From contig NC_087436.1 of assembly GCF_036321535.1 (NCBI RefSeq), forward strand, positions 37,574,001-37,638,000: 64,000 bases of DNA. The letters run 5' to 3'. The position numbers were made by a program, and so were the translations under genes. Every line of letters begins with the position of its first letter. The first letter of the stretch is position 1. Origin of the DNA: Camelus dromedarius. Its lineage: Eukaryota. The notes beneath the pieces are model-generated. The model saw only the letters and a list, made by a program, of their open reading frames with translations, ran no database searches and had not been told where the DNA came from. Shown in pieces: positions 12,356 to 24,440 of the stretch.

Positions 12356-13369
12356 CAGGCTGTGCCCAACACAAATGCATATTTTTTTGTTACTGTAAAC
12401 CCTCAAGAACAACGAGTTCTGAAGAACTCCTGGCAATGATTTACACTAGTTTCTCCTCATGCAAGGCAGATGCGATAAATAGACTTTTCATGATTGTTCT
12501 TGAGCAAAGTACAAGACCTGTTCCTTCAGGAAGCAGTTGCATATCTGCCTCAGGACAGCTTTGTAATGCTTCAAATTCTCCATATAGAAATCATACTGTT
12601 TATTTTTAAATTTTGGGGAGAAAGAGCTTTCCCCTCAATGTTCAAAGTGAGAAAAGAAGCCAAATGGGCTAGTACACGTCCCTCCCCATGTATTAACTCT
12701 TTGGAATGGTCCCTGGTGAGTCCCATAGAGACTCAGCTGGGAGTTTGGGCCACACCTTTCCCATCTGCTCCCAATCCTGGAAGTACAATCATTAGCTCTG
12801 CAGGCCAGATCCATTTGGACGATTTTACCTATAGGAAGAGGAATGGAAAAAGTACTGGCATTACCTAAATATTACTTGGAATAATATTTTGCAGAAAATA
12901 AAGGGACAGGAAACCCTTTACTTTTGTCTTTATCTCTTGGTTTCTGAAGTGAATCAAAGTATGCTTTGGCCTAAAGGAAGAGGCATCCAAGATTTTGGTA
13001 GGTGCACTGAATATTGTTCAACGATGGAGTGAAAGTTGCTTTACATCCCTGGCAAAACCGTCTTCCAGTAAGGCCATAGTAGTTCTCTTAATAATAAACT
13101 TGATGCCTTTTTTTTAACCTATGAGCAAACAGATATATTTTCTTTTGACCTAAAAATATTAATAATCAGATGTGTTATCTTGTGCAGAAATATATCAAGC
13201 TATATGAAAGAGTAAATCTTGGAGAAAAGGAGCAGTTCTTAGTAGATTCATTAATTAGATTCAAAATTCTAAGTGTTCACTCAAAAAATTATTTGGAAGT
13301 GGCACTGTGAGACTTCCAAGATTAACTTTTTTCTGAAAAGGTTATAGCTTTTGCCTCTCTTGGTTTCTC

Positions 13370-13676
13370 TCTCTTTCCAAATGCTTGCCCTTGGAACACA
13401 TCTATCACTCTGTGGGAAGCCAGTGGCCACACACAGAGGCCACATGAAGCTGTACCTGGCCCATAACTCCCAGATGTGTAAGTGAGCGAGTCTTCAGATG
13501 ACTTGAGCCCCTGGGCTCGAAGTCGCCCCAGCTTTGAAGTGCAGTAGAGAGTGGATCAAATAAAACATTCCCAGCTGAGTCCAATCCAAACACAGGGGAG
13601 CAAAACACACGTGGCTGTGGTCTCAAGCCAATACGTTTTGAGGTGATTCCTTACCCAGCGATGGAAAATAGGAACA
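13370..13676 (+). mobile_element. MLT1 LTR (MLT1H/I-like) 3' part
   Basis: AGATGTGTAAGTGAGCGAGTCTTCAGATGAC...TCAAGCCAATACGTTTTGAGGTGATTCCTTACCCAGCGATGGAAAATAGGAACA. Confidence 0.65.
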
Positions 13677-14279
13677 CACTACCTAACTCTAAATCCAAGA
13701 TAATAGATTTTTTCCTATTGTTATGAAGGCATAGATTTCCTATTTTTAACTCTTTGCATGTTCTATCTTTCTCTCTCTTACACATGCAGTTTTCTTCCTA
13801 CACACACACATACAAGTTCTAATTTTTATAATTTCTTCAAGCCTGGATCTAAACAAATACTGAGATCAACTACGAAAGAATTACCTGAGTACGATCTACC
13901 AGTAACAGGTACCCTGAGAGAGTGAATGTGCTTCCCGGCTCAAGCTATACGTTGATGACTTATAGCAAAAGAACACATCAGGAGATGACACAGCTGATTG
14001 TGAAGGATGGCAGGGGTTAACTGAACAGAGAGACGGTGTTTCCAGCAAACATTAGCATCCTGTTATGACTCACTGTGTCCTCGGGCATGAAAAAGGCACA
14101 GTGTCTGTTCCCCTATCTTTAGAGTATTGGAGATATTTTGTCCCTACATGGCAATACTGAAAGGACAGATGACTGAGCAAAAAGTGTTGAGGGTAGCGCT
14201 GATTCTTCTGACTACATTCGGAAGATCTCTGGTTACTTCATATAGGAATGTAATTCTCCCTATTTTTCCCTGACGGTGT

Positions 14280-14730
14280 TTAGTTTAAAACAAATATTTG
14301 GTCCCTCTCCTGTGTCAGGCACTGTGCTAGGCCCTTGGGTGGCCTTCCTGAGCAGGGCACAATCCTTGACCAGGGCACAATCCCTGACCACAGGAGTCTT
14401 GCATCCAGAAAAGAAACAGAGCCTACAGGGCCAATTTCAGCACAGAGTGATGAAGGCTACGGCGGGGTTAAATGCAGGCGTCTGGGAGCTCCCAGAGGAC
14501 AGACACTGAGTCAGTTTGAGGAGAGCTGATTTCCAGAAAGACTTTCTGGAGAAAGCGTGATCTGAGCCTAGCGCTGAAGGAAGACTAGAAAGGGAGGGAG
14601 AGGGATGAAAACGTGTGCGTGTGTTGGGTCCAGAGCAGGGTAAGGGCAGGCAGGAGGGAAGCTGTTCTGTGCAGAGAGCATGGTGTGTTCAAATGATCAG
14701 AAGCAGGAAGCCATGGCACCTTCAGGGAAT
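14280..14730 (-). mobile_element. L2 3' fragment
   Basis: AAACAAATATTTG...TGTGTCAGGCACTGTGCTAGG...AAAGACTTTCTGGAGAAAGCGTGATCTGAGC. Confidence 0.7.
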
Positions 14731-15699
14731 GAGAAGCCTCTTTTTCACCTTTGTTTGATCTTGGCTTTCTTTTTCTTTTTCTTTTTCTTTGTCCTTTTTA
14801 ACAAAAGAATGAAAAGGAGTGCTAGGAGTTAAGACTAGAGATGTGAGGCCCTTTCTGATCAGGGAGCACTAAGGAGTTTCAGTTTGGAGGCTAAACCGGG
14901 GAGTAACAGAATTGTATTTGTGCTTTAGGAAAAAACCACTCTGGCTCACCATGGAGAGCTGGTCAGAAGGGCTGAATTCAAACGGAGAGCTCTCGGTTCC
15001 TTGCTGCTCAGGAGTGCTTCCTCTTTTTGTGCTCAGAGCCCTCCTGCTTCTCCGTTGCACACGGCGACTGACATCATGCCCCACCGACCTCGCTGCCTGC
15101 TGAGGCCAGTACCTTTTCCAGCATTCCAGCCCCAATGCACCAACTCAGCTATTCATTGTCCCCTCTTCCATCTTTTATTTAATGCTGCTTTCTGCTATTA
15201 CATAAGGAATGAAAAATAATTACACCATAAGGCTAGCAACTAATTATGAAATGAAGTTCAGTTAATAACATCGTGATAAAATCTGAACATCTCTCAAAGC
15301 CCTCTACACATGTGCTGTCTCCTTGGTTTAAAGGTTAGATAGTAAGTAACACAATGAATAAAACAGGATAAATCTTTTTCTTTCTTTTTTTTAATTTCTT
15401 TCATAGGATAAATCTTTTGACAGTAAATTTTCAGCAGCAAGGGGACAGTTTGTGCAATGTCTAATGTTTAAAAGTTATCGTATATTCTTTCTAAGTCCCA
15501 ATTTTAAAATCTCATACCGATAATTGTTTTCTACCGTGACACTATGTAATTAGCACTTTGTGAAATAAAGGTAGGAATTTTGTGAAATAAATCTGAGAAT
15601 CTCAGAAGTGATTGTACCATACCTTCAAAGGATATTTACAGTGTTGATATTTAAATGACTAATTAAATTTCAAAAATCGCCCGAATTTTCATCCCTGCC

Positions 15700-16104
15700 G
15701 ACATCTACACTTTTGCCACATAACTATGTAGTGCCCTACCACTCTGACTTTGGGCTTCACCATGGGACTTGATTTGGCCAAAGCGATGTTAGCAAATTGG
15801 AAGCAGAAAAGACTTGAAAAACACTTGCACAGCTGAGCTTCCTCTGTCTTGCACCTCTGCCTTTGCAGTGAGACTAAGACCAGCCTGCCAGAGGGTGGGA
15901 GACACGTGCAGCGGAGTCCACTCAGCACGGCTGTCGCAGCTGAAGCTAGCCTAGATCAGCCTACAGTTGGCTGGCCCCGAACACATGAAGAAATCAAGTC
16001 AAGATCAAGAGAGCCATCAAGTCAAGGCCTGTCTTCCTCCAGTCTCATGAACAATAATGCTGATTGATTTTGTAGTTGGTACAGAGCGTTATCCAGGCAA
16101 TAGA
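15700..16104 (+). mobile_element. MLT1 LTR (MLT1J/G-like)
   Basis: TGACTTTGGGCTTCACCATGGGACTTGATTTGGCCAA...ATGTTAGCAAAT...GACTTGAAAAACACTTGCAC...GGCAATAGAT. Confidence 0.65.
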
Positions 16105-16121
16105 TGTTTGTCATTGTTTTT

Positions 16122-16238
16122 TGAGTGAGGGGAGATAATTAGGTTTATTTATTTATTTATTTTAAAAATGGATATACTGGGGATTGAATCCAGGACCTTG
16201 TGCATGCACTCAACCACTGAGTTATATCCACCCCACCT
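16122..16238 (-). mobile_element. Camelid tRNA-derived SINE (Vic-1 type)
   Basis: GATAATTAGGTTTATTTATTT...TACTGGGGATTGAATCCAGGACCTTGTGCATGCACTCAACCACTGAGTTATA; 17-bp TSD at 16105-16121 and 16239-16255. Confidence 0.92.
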
Positions 16239-16255
16239 TGTTTGTTGTTGTTTTT

Positions 16256-17076
16256 AAACTATTGCTTATTTAGAAAAGCTTCTTTCAACTTCTTAACTTA
16301 TTACAGATAACATCATTATTTATTAAATTGAAAATTGATCTTGGTAATACAGCTTTTTCAGATGGTTGTCAAATTTGGGAAAAGCTCCACCAAGTGTCTT
16401 TAATATTTCTCACAGATAATTGCTTTTGGTTTTAATACGCCTCTATTGGTTTGTGTCCTACAAGCACAGGAATTTGGGAAAGATCTACTTGGCATGATAT
16501 TTATCAAAATAGGGCAAAAAGCATACAGTACGTTCATATTTGTATTTGCTGCCTTACTGAATACATTCCTGATAGGCAATGCCTTCCATTTTGAATAGAT
16601 CTGTACAGGATTGGCGTCCTCTAATTTAAATTTTATAAATCTAATTGAAAGAGTTTTATGCAAACTATCTTCTGGCTTTGTTCATTTCACATCTTGATTT
16701 TCCTCCTGTATCCACATACTTCTGATACCGGAACTGCAGTAGAAATATTCCTGGAAGTAAGCAAAATTTAACCATACATGAGGAAGTGATTATGAAACAC
16801 ATATCTCTTTCTACACTCAAATTAAATGTATGACCAACCAAACTTCCCTTTAGGTGGATCCCAGAAATGTCCATGGCCATTCCAAATACTGTACAATGAT
16901 GGGAATTACAACACAGGAAGACAGATTGCAAACTTACTGTTGCAAAATTTTCAAGAAGATATGGCTAAGTAAAACACACTGCTACAACTCCGCCTCCCAA
17001 GGCTTGAAAGCGATCCCATGTGAAGGAAGAAACCTAAAGCTTAAGCTTTGTTAGTTTCATGTTAAATCTGCCTCTG
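16256..17076 (-). mobile_element. hAT-Tip100 DNA transposon fossil (Arthur1-like)
   Basis: Terminus AAGCTTAAGCTTTGTTAGTTTCATGTTAAATCTGCCTCTG (rc CAGAGGCAGATTTAAC...); minus strand 16260-16385 carries remnants of the hAT dimerisation motif (FPNLTT...VERSFSK). Confidence 0.7.
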
Positions 17077-17089
17077 TAGCTTGATGCTA

Positions 17090-17235
17090 CCAATATCCCT
17101 CTTTTGTATGGTTTAGAGAGATCTAGAGAGGTTAAATAACTTGTTCCAGGCCAGAGAGCTAGAAAGGGGAAAACTGAAACTCAGACCCAAATTGTCTAAA
17201 TTCAAGGTACAGATATTTTAACCAACCTGGTATGC
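17090..17235 (-). mobile_element. MIR SINE fragment
   Basis: AGAGAGGTTAAATAACTTGTTCCAGGCCAGAGAGCTAGAAAG...AAACTCAG MIR core. Confidence 0.7.
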
Positions 17236-17951
17236 TGGCTCTTGCTACAGGAAAAGGCTTACCACGACCTGAACTAGAGTTAATCGTAATGAGGGAGGAA
17301 CAAGAGGTATTTGCAAGAAAGCATGACTAAGTTGTTACTAACTGACAAATTAGTGAGGAAGACCTGGAGGTTTGGCTAAGATTTTCTGCAGGCAAGGATG
17401 AAATATCTCCAACCATGGGAAAGGAGAGATACAGAGACTAGAAAGCCAGCAGGGCCTCGAAGTCCTGTGGCAAGAAAATTGACCCCAGGGTAGGAGTCTT
17501 GTTAAATAGTTGAGAAGGAAGGATAGAATGGTTAACTGAAGGAAGCAGTGACTGTAAGGTGGGTTGAGTGGCTAAAGAGATCACAGATTTTAGTGATGGA
17601 ATAGCACTAGCCTATGTGTCATGGTGGTGAATTAAAATTGTTATAAATTTGAAATTAATGTCTTCAGGGTTAAGAAAGAACTGATTTTGAGGTTGCAAAG
17701 AACAGAGAATTGGGGAGAAGATTGGAAAGAAAAAATTCAAGCAAAGTAATAAAGGCTTATCAGGAAGATGAGAAAGAAATTCATCACCTCTTGTTAAAAA
17801 AAAAAAAACTTCCCTTAAAAAAAAATAAGAAAAAATTACCCTTCTATTATTTGAAAGCTATTATTAAATCCTTTTCAGACTTCTCCATTAACCCAAAGTA
17901 GACCTTCAGGCCTTCATCATAGTCACTTTTGACTTCTCAATATTTCTTACG

Positions 17952-18132
17952 TTTTTTTTTTTTTCATTTCTTTTTTTTTTTTCACAATTTCTTTTCTTAA
18001 TTTTTTTTTATCTTGTGGGGAGGTAATTAGGTTTATTTGTTTATTTATTCTTAAAAGAAGTACTGGAGATTGAACCCGGGACCTCACACATGCTAAACAC
18101 ACACTCTACCACTGCACTATGCCCCCTCCCCC
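17952..18132 (-). mobile_element. Camelid Vic-1-type SINE with long (~60 nt) interrupted poly(A) tail
   Basis: GGGGAGGTAATTAGGTTTATTTG...TACTGGAGATTGAACCCGGGACCTCACACATGCTAAACACACACTCTACCACTG; flanks TCTTACGTTTT (17945) and TCTTAGGTTTT (18133) form a near-perfect TSD. Confidence 0.92.
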
Positions 18133-19299
18133 TCTTAGGTTTTCTTATTTTCAATTATAGTATCTCCATATGAGTCTACTTCACAGCCTTCTAACAATGT
18201 TCTGGCTAAGGTCAGACACACAGAGAGAGCTTTATTTCTATCCGTAAACCACAGCAGTGTGTTTGTTTACAGCTATGATACTGTGGTGGTAGATGCCCTC
18301 ACTTGTGCCACATGCCGATTTCACAGTGTGCAAGGATTTAGGGGTAAGTTAGTTAGAATCTCCACAATCTGTCTTCCACTCCAGAGTTCCTGGCTGTATA
18401 TTCATGAGTTTTGACATGAGGTCTAACCCAGATAAACTTGTTCCAAGGAGACAAGGGGCTCAGGCACTCTACCTCTACAATGACAATGGACTGTGGGCTT
18501 TAATCTTCTGAAATATTTGCCATGAGGAGCTATAATAAGCTAGAGACAAAGAGAGAGAGATGGAGAGGTTTATTTTTCTTAGCCAGATAATGAAAATCGA
18601 GTCCAGTCTTTTCTCCACTTGACTTTCTATTTAGACCTCGGCACTTGGTCTTGTCTTCTCCTGGGTAAAAGAGACCCCAGGCTAAAAGGAAACTGAATAG
18701 CAGCAGGGCTATAAATTACTCCTCGGCCCATTGGCCCACTTATTGATCTAATGGGTTCCATCTTTTGAAGTCATAGAGGGTGGAGGCCGAGGCTTTCGTT
18801 TCTGAAATGTCAATAAATAATTAAAATCATAACACAAATGACACCAAAGGAAACTTGTGGTGTTCTTGGTATCCTGGGGCAGAATTTCAGCTTATAGCTA
18901 AGCTTTAAACATATAATTTTGCTGAAAACACACAGCAGTGAAATTGTCAGTGGTTTGGAAAGCCCAAATCAAATAGACTCTGAGGGGAAATGGCTTTTTA
19001 ATAATTTTAATGCAATTTTGACTGCTTCCATTACATAAAGAGGCCTAATTAACGCTGCTGTGAACCACCAAAAGGAAAAGGTGACCTTAGAGGGACTATT
19101 TTTCACTGTCTAATTGGAATAAAATAAACCAGTTGTAGTAACTAAGTATTAAATTACTTTTAAGGGAAAATTTTTTCATTGTATTTATCCAAATTTTGCT
19201 ATTCCAAAATATCCATTTCAAATCACTGTAAAGTTTACAAAGTTTGTTCATAACCATGAATATCAGTTATTAGTGGAGTAAACCTATTTGGCAAGTGGG

Positions 19300-19460
19300 G
19301 CACATATCATTGTTACAGTTTTGTAGATGAGGAAGCTGAGAATTTGTGATGTCAAGTTCATTTAAAAAGGCCACACCGCTAGTAAGAAGTAGAGCTCAGA
19401 CTTGATCTCAGGCTTCTGTCTTTTGGACCAGTGATCTTACTACATCAACATTACACTCCC
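19300..19460 (-). mobile_element. MIR SINE fragment
   Basis: TTTTGTAGATGAGGAAGCTGAG...AAGGCCACACCGCTAGTAAGAAGTAGAGCTCAGACTTGATCTCAGG. Confidence 0.75.
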
Positions 19461-21061
19461 TTTATCATCAGTATTAGCCTTGCCCCTGTTCCTGGACACT
19501 AAGGGAGAAAGCTACTCCCAGGGTCCTCCACAGAGCTCCCTCTAGGCAAAGAATTTTTTGTGGATCCCTTGTCTATAACCACATCTTAATTATAACGCAT
19601 TATCAAATTTATATGTCCATGGGAGGTATAGCGTTTTATTGATGAAGACTTAGAATCATGGGAAGAGAAGAAATACTTACGTCTTTGTTTATGGTCTAAT
19701 CATTTCAATAAAGAATCTTCGTGGTGTCCAGGCATCATCTCTTTGTTCAGATTTAGGAACCACGTTTTCATGTTCTTTGTTGACAACTGTGAAGTTTCTG
19801 GTTCATTTCAGACCTCTCACCACCAGCAAATGGTAGCAATGCAGTTGTAACTCACAGTGTCATGGATCCCTAGAACCTGTTTATATGGGGGAAATAAAAT
19901 CTCCTCTTGCCTCTGCAGTTGTTCAACACTGGCTCTTCAGCGCTGGTTAAAACATTACACACAGTGTGTTATCTATTGTGCTGCCCATGAATGTTGGCTT
20001 TCAATGACTCTTGAAAAGTTTGCTCTGGGCTTTGTGGAAGAAGCTCACAAAGGTAAGTCTTATCCCATCTATGCAGGAAAATTAGAACAATCATTTATTT
20101 ACGATGATGTGAAATTTACCATGCAGAACTTTGTAAGCTTAAATATAGAACAACACATCTTCCAACCATAGCTTCTTTTGAACTCTTTAGGCCATAATCA
20201 CTGCATTTCTAGAATGCTCTCTCTTTTAATGTCACCTGCACCCTTGCCTTCCACACAATGTTGTCAGTGAGAAGGACAGGCAAGAGGCCAGTCAGTGCCT
20301 GGTATGAAAAGGGCAGTCTCATTGTACAAGGACTGTCCACCCTTATCTGGCATGATCTGAGACAGACCTGAAAGCACATCACAGAGCCAATCAGAGACAA
20401 GGGAGGACATGGAATGAAAGGGCCCATTGGCTTGTAGTGGATTGGTCTGGAACATTTTCAGCCAGACAGGTGTGGCTTGTTCTGAGGCACTGACCAATAC
20501 ATGGAATGGAGCCTGTGGAGGAGGTGGGAGACTGCTCTGGGTACCAGCGGTGGGAGGTACACAAGCTAAATGATGCCTTCTGCCATGCCCAGCATCCTTG
20601 AGTTCAATAGATGTGAGATGGCCTCTCTGTAATTAACTGTTTTAGGATTAGTGGTATTGATACACACACAAATGCAATGCTTTGTTAAAAGAGATGTAAT
20701 TTAGAGAGAGAGGGTTAGCAATCAGACAGGGCCCCTGGTTAAGGGCCTGCTGCCAAGGTGAGCTGCCTGCCATCCTCAGGAATAAGCTCACATGGAATTG
20801 GCTATCAGGGCCCATGGTTTCAGTCTAAGGTGAGTGAGCTGTTTGCAAGAGAGGACCTAGCAGTCCTCCAGCTGTGCTCAAGGAACGTGCCACTCTGCTT
20901 GCTTCCCGGTCCTAGGCAGGTAACATTATGGTTTGGCATAGACTTGCAGCCAATCAGGGTTCCTCCATCTGTAAAAGAAGGGGGTTAAATGAGGGGACCC
21001 CTAAGTCGGGCAAGAGGGGCTGGAACTTGGAGGATGTTTCAGGAGTGGTGGTGCCTCTCCC

Positions 21062-21840
21062 CATGCCCACCCCTAACATTTGCAGGGCCCCGGCAAGAAT
21101 ACAAATGGAGGTCAATATAATATAACCCTAAATATTTAGAAGTTACAAATAACAAATAAAATGAGTCCTATAAGTGCACTCTGACAAATAGACCTTTACC
21201 ACAGCAAAATTTTAAAAATATGCATCAAGCTATATATAGTTTATTGGCAAAATATCAAACATGTGTAAATTTAATCGATTGCTTATATATGAATTTTGCT
21301 TTGATTGGCAATATTTAAATGTGTATTAAAATAAAATATATATAAATCATAAATATTGTTGGATATTAATTCTAAAAATTTGGGGCATTTAATTTAGTAA
21401 AGCTACTGATTGTGTTATCATCATCAGAGCTTTTTCTTAATTTGTGTTCTACTGACAGGATCTAAATGATTAAAAAATAAACTTAATAGTATTTAAAGTG
21501 CACAAAATTTTGCCTAATTTTGTATAATATATTTTACACAAACATAAATTACAGGAAATGTAAAAAGTTAAGCATTGAAATTATTTTTATAAGTATTTTA
21601 AGTTTTTTCTTTTAACTATTCCCAACTACAAGAATTAAAATGCAAAGTAAAATTAATGATGTCAAATATTCAAATCAAAATTATTTAAATCAGGTTGAAC
21701 TTTCTATTTGGTTGTTTGAAAATATAACTGAATTTTCTTACATTAAAAAAACACAATTCTAGAAGTTCAGTGTCCAGCTAGTGACTAACGTAAGATACCA
21801 GTATTGAATTTCACACATGAATATGAATTATTTTAATACT
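21062..21840. mobile_element. Probable old hAT-type DNA transposon remnant with very AT-rich interior
   Basis: GC-rich terminus-like CCCCTAACATTTGCAGGGCCCCGGCAAGAATACAAATGGAGG followed abruptly by ~750 bp of very AT-rich sequence; family uncertain. Confidence 0.45.
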
Positions 21841-22035
21841 GAAAGTGTTACTTACCAGTTGTGTGCCGCTATTGAGAACATCAGGCTAATTTATAAATAC
21901 CTCCAGAAGCACAGATTAAAATACAAAGAATAGGGGGAAAAAGGACACTTAGCACTGCCAAGAAATAATGCTTCATTATGCACAGTGTCTGATACATGGT
22001 CAGGATCTGATAAGTTGTAATTAGTGGCAGCAGAA

Positions 22036-22100
22036 ACAGTAGTAGCAGTAGTAGCAGTCGTAGTAGTGGCAGTTACTGGTGGTACTTGTGGTAGTGATAG
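22036..22100 (+). repeat. Degenerate (GTA/GCA/GTG)n trinucleotide tract
   Basis: CAGTAGTAGCAGTAGTAGCAGTCGTAGTAGTGGCAG... Confidence 0.8.
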
Positions 22101-23544
22101 TGTTTATCTTTTATTTTGTGGCTCTCTAGTCCGTGTCACAGAATTATTTGAAGGCTACTTTAAATAAAGAGAGCCTATTCAATTCCTCCTATATCTGACC
22201 AAATTAAGTTATAAAAAAGCCAATCACGAGATGGTTAATTCTGCTGTCTGAATAGTTGCCTCCATTTTACTTAGAAAGAAGAGATTTCTGTTGTTAAAAT
22301 CTATCTGATTCAACTTAACAAAAAGTTACTTATAATTCCAATACATTTTCAGCTAAATTGCCCCACAACCTGAGCGCAAAATTTTGGCTTCTAGTTTCAA
22401 TGAGAGAAATGTAATTTCAATACAAAAATATATGCAAAGCCTGATACTTACTTTATCTTATTCAATCTAAACATGGCTTGGAGTATGACGCACAGAATGT
22501 TAAGAAATAAGCCTTGCATTCAGTTGTCCTTTATTACTTTTCACTTCATTGTCATTTGCCCTTGTAACTTTCTCTATCAGCTTATCAAATAGAAATTGGC
22601 AGTGATCACATTTTTTATTTCTTTGATTTTCAAAATGGATCTTTTAAAAAAAAAGTGGATTGACTAACAGACCAAAAGGGATGGAGTTGATCAGAATTTT
22701 TTTTTAAGACAACTTTTCATACCAACAATTGGCAACAAGATGTTTGTCACCCTGGTGCCTTTTGGCAGGTGGGTTCTTTCTCTTCTAGTAAAGAAAGTAG
22801 AATTACTGAAGTCCTACTAAAGTCGTAAGGGCATCTGAAAATATTATCTTTTAATATTATGTCAAAAACCACCTCCAACAAAATAACATATCTTGAAACT
22901 GCCAGAAAGATCACCCAACTCCTGCAGATAGGAGCACCCGTTAGAACTGAGATGATGTGCTGTGCAGATACCGTGGTGACTGTGAGAGTGTTGGGATGAT
23001 ACCCTGCTTTTTACCAGCTTTTTGCCGATTCATCTCTAACTCCAAGGATGGAAAGAAGGGGCTAGAGGCCCCAAATTCTTCTCTGTTCTCACTAATGGAA
23101 TTGTTTAATCTAGCAGAATTTCCTAAAATTTTCCAAGACATTCTGGCCTGAAGGCCTACAGTCAGGTAAAGAAAACCTAAATTGATTCCCAGCTCACTGC
23201 AGATTATCTGAGGCCTCTCTCTTCGAAGAAACGACCTCTAAACAGCCAAACAAATGGACACGTCTCTGAGAAATGGGACATTAATCCGTCTGAATAAGGA
23301 CAGATCTAGTAGTACCAAACATGGCTTATGAATATTATTCAGCATGTTTATTATCAGTGGCCAGACCCTGAAAGTCCCTGATGTAAAATAAAGTGAAGTT
23401 TAAATAATGTTGGAACTGGTCTGGCTTTCAGGGTTCTTTAAGTATCTCATTTCTCAGAAGAAACAATTAGACAGTGAGGTGGTGACCCACCCAATGCCAC
23501 AGCATTGGACCTTGGCAAAGGCAAGGATTACAAAGAATTGGAGG

Positions 23545-23745
23545 GAGTATGATGTGGTAAGAAGATCGTGGGTTATGTGATCAGGCAAACCCTAACTCTA
23601 GTTCAGTTTGCTACATCCAAGTTTATGTTGGGGAAGTTTCTTAACGTAACTAAGCCCCTGTTACCATTTTCACATTTTCCTGAGTGAAACAGAATACCTG
23701 TTATGGATTAAATAACACAGTGTATAAAGTGCCTAGCACATAGCA
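23545..23745 (+). mobile_element. MIR SINE
   Basis: GATGTGGTAAGAAGATCGTGGG...GGGGAAGTTTCTTAAC...GGATTAAATAACACAGTGTATAAAGTGCCTAGCACATAG. Confidence 0.7.
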
Positions 23746-24349
23746 GCTGTATTGTCAACACAGATTAGGTTTTTCTTTCCTCATTCAAGCATTCTCTGAA
23801 CTACATTTACTTATATAAGATCCTGCTAAGGGCAGTGAATAAAGGGGAATGTTAAAAAATCTCTGACCTAGAAAGTCCTTACTTTCAAAGCAATAGGTGG
23901 CAGTGACTCATTACTACAACATTCAAAAAGCAGAGGAAGGATGGGGGTGGGGGGTTCCTATCAAAGCAAAACGTAGAACACAGATGAATAAAAATACACA
24001 ATACATGTTTTACACACACATATCAAAGGATCTGCATAGAGGTATAAATAGAGACGAGTTCAATCATCACGGATCCAACTCTCTTCTTACTCATAAGCAG
24101 CGTTAAGTAACTTCCTGTGCTCTCCTGAAATGAGCTCTCTCTCTGCCAACCCCGGCACCCTGCCGCCTGAGGACCTGGCTCTGTTTCAGAAGTTGAGTCA
24201 CTGTTGCCTTTATTTTAAAGGCTGTTTCTGCCAACGGATCTCTCCATCCAATTTCAGACAAGAAAGATTCACAAAGTCAGATTGCTCCTTCTTTAATCAG
24301 GATCCTGTGTTCCCTGGTGCAGGTAGAATGCCATCATATGTTTAAGGCT

Positions 24350-24440
24350 GACCTCCCCAAAATAGGAAGCTGATTTGGAGAAATCATAGGATCAATCATA
24401 GGACCTCCCCAAAATAGGAAGCTGATTTGGAGAAATCATA
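24350..24440. repeat. Perfect 39-bp direct duplication with 13-bp spacer
   Basis: GACCTCCCCAAAATAGGAAGCTGATTTGGAGAAATCATA at 24350-24388 and 24402-24440; spacer GGATCAATCATAG. Confidence 0.97.

Noticed and set aside
22945..23050. C/D-box snoRNA suggested by two ATGAT motifs
   Set aside because: The C boxes are imperfect, and I found no suitably placed terminal D box (CTGA) with a closing stem.
24350..24440. Repeat-spacer-repeat as a CRISPR-like array
   Set aside because: There are only two copies, the 13-bp spacer is derived from the repeat itself, there are no cas genes, and the context is mammalian.
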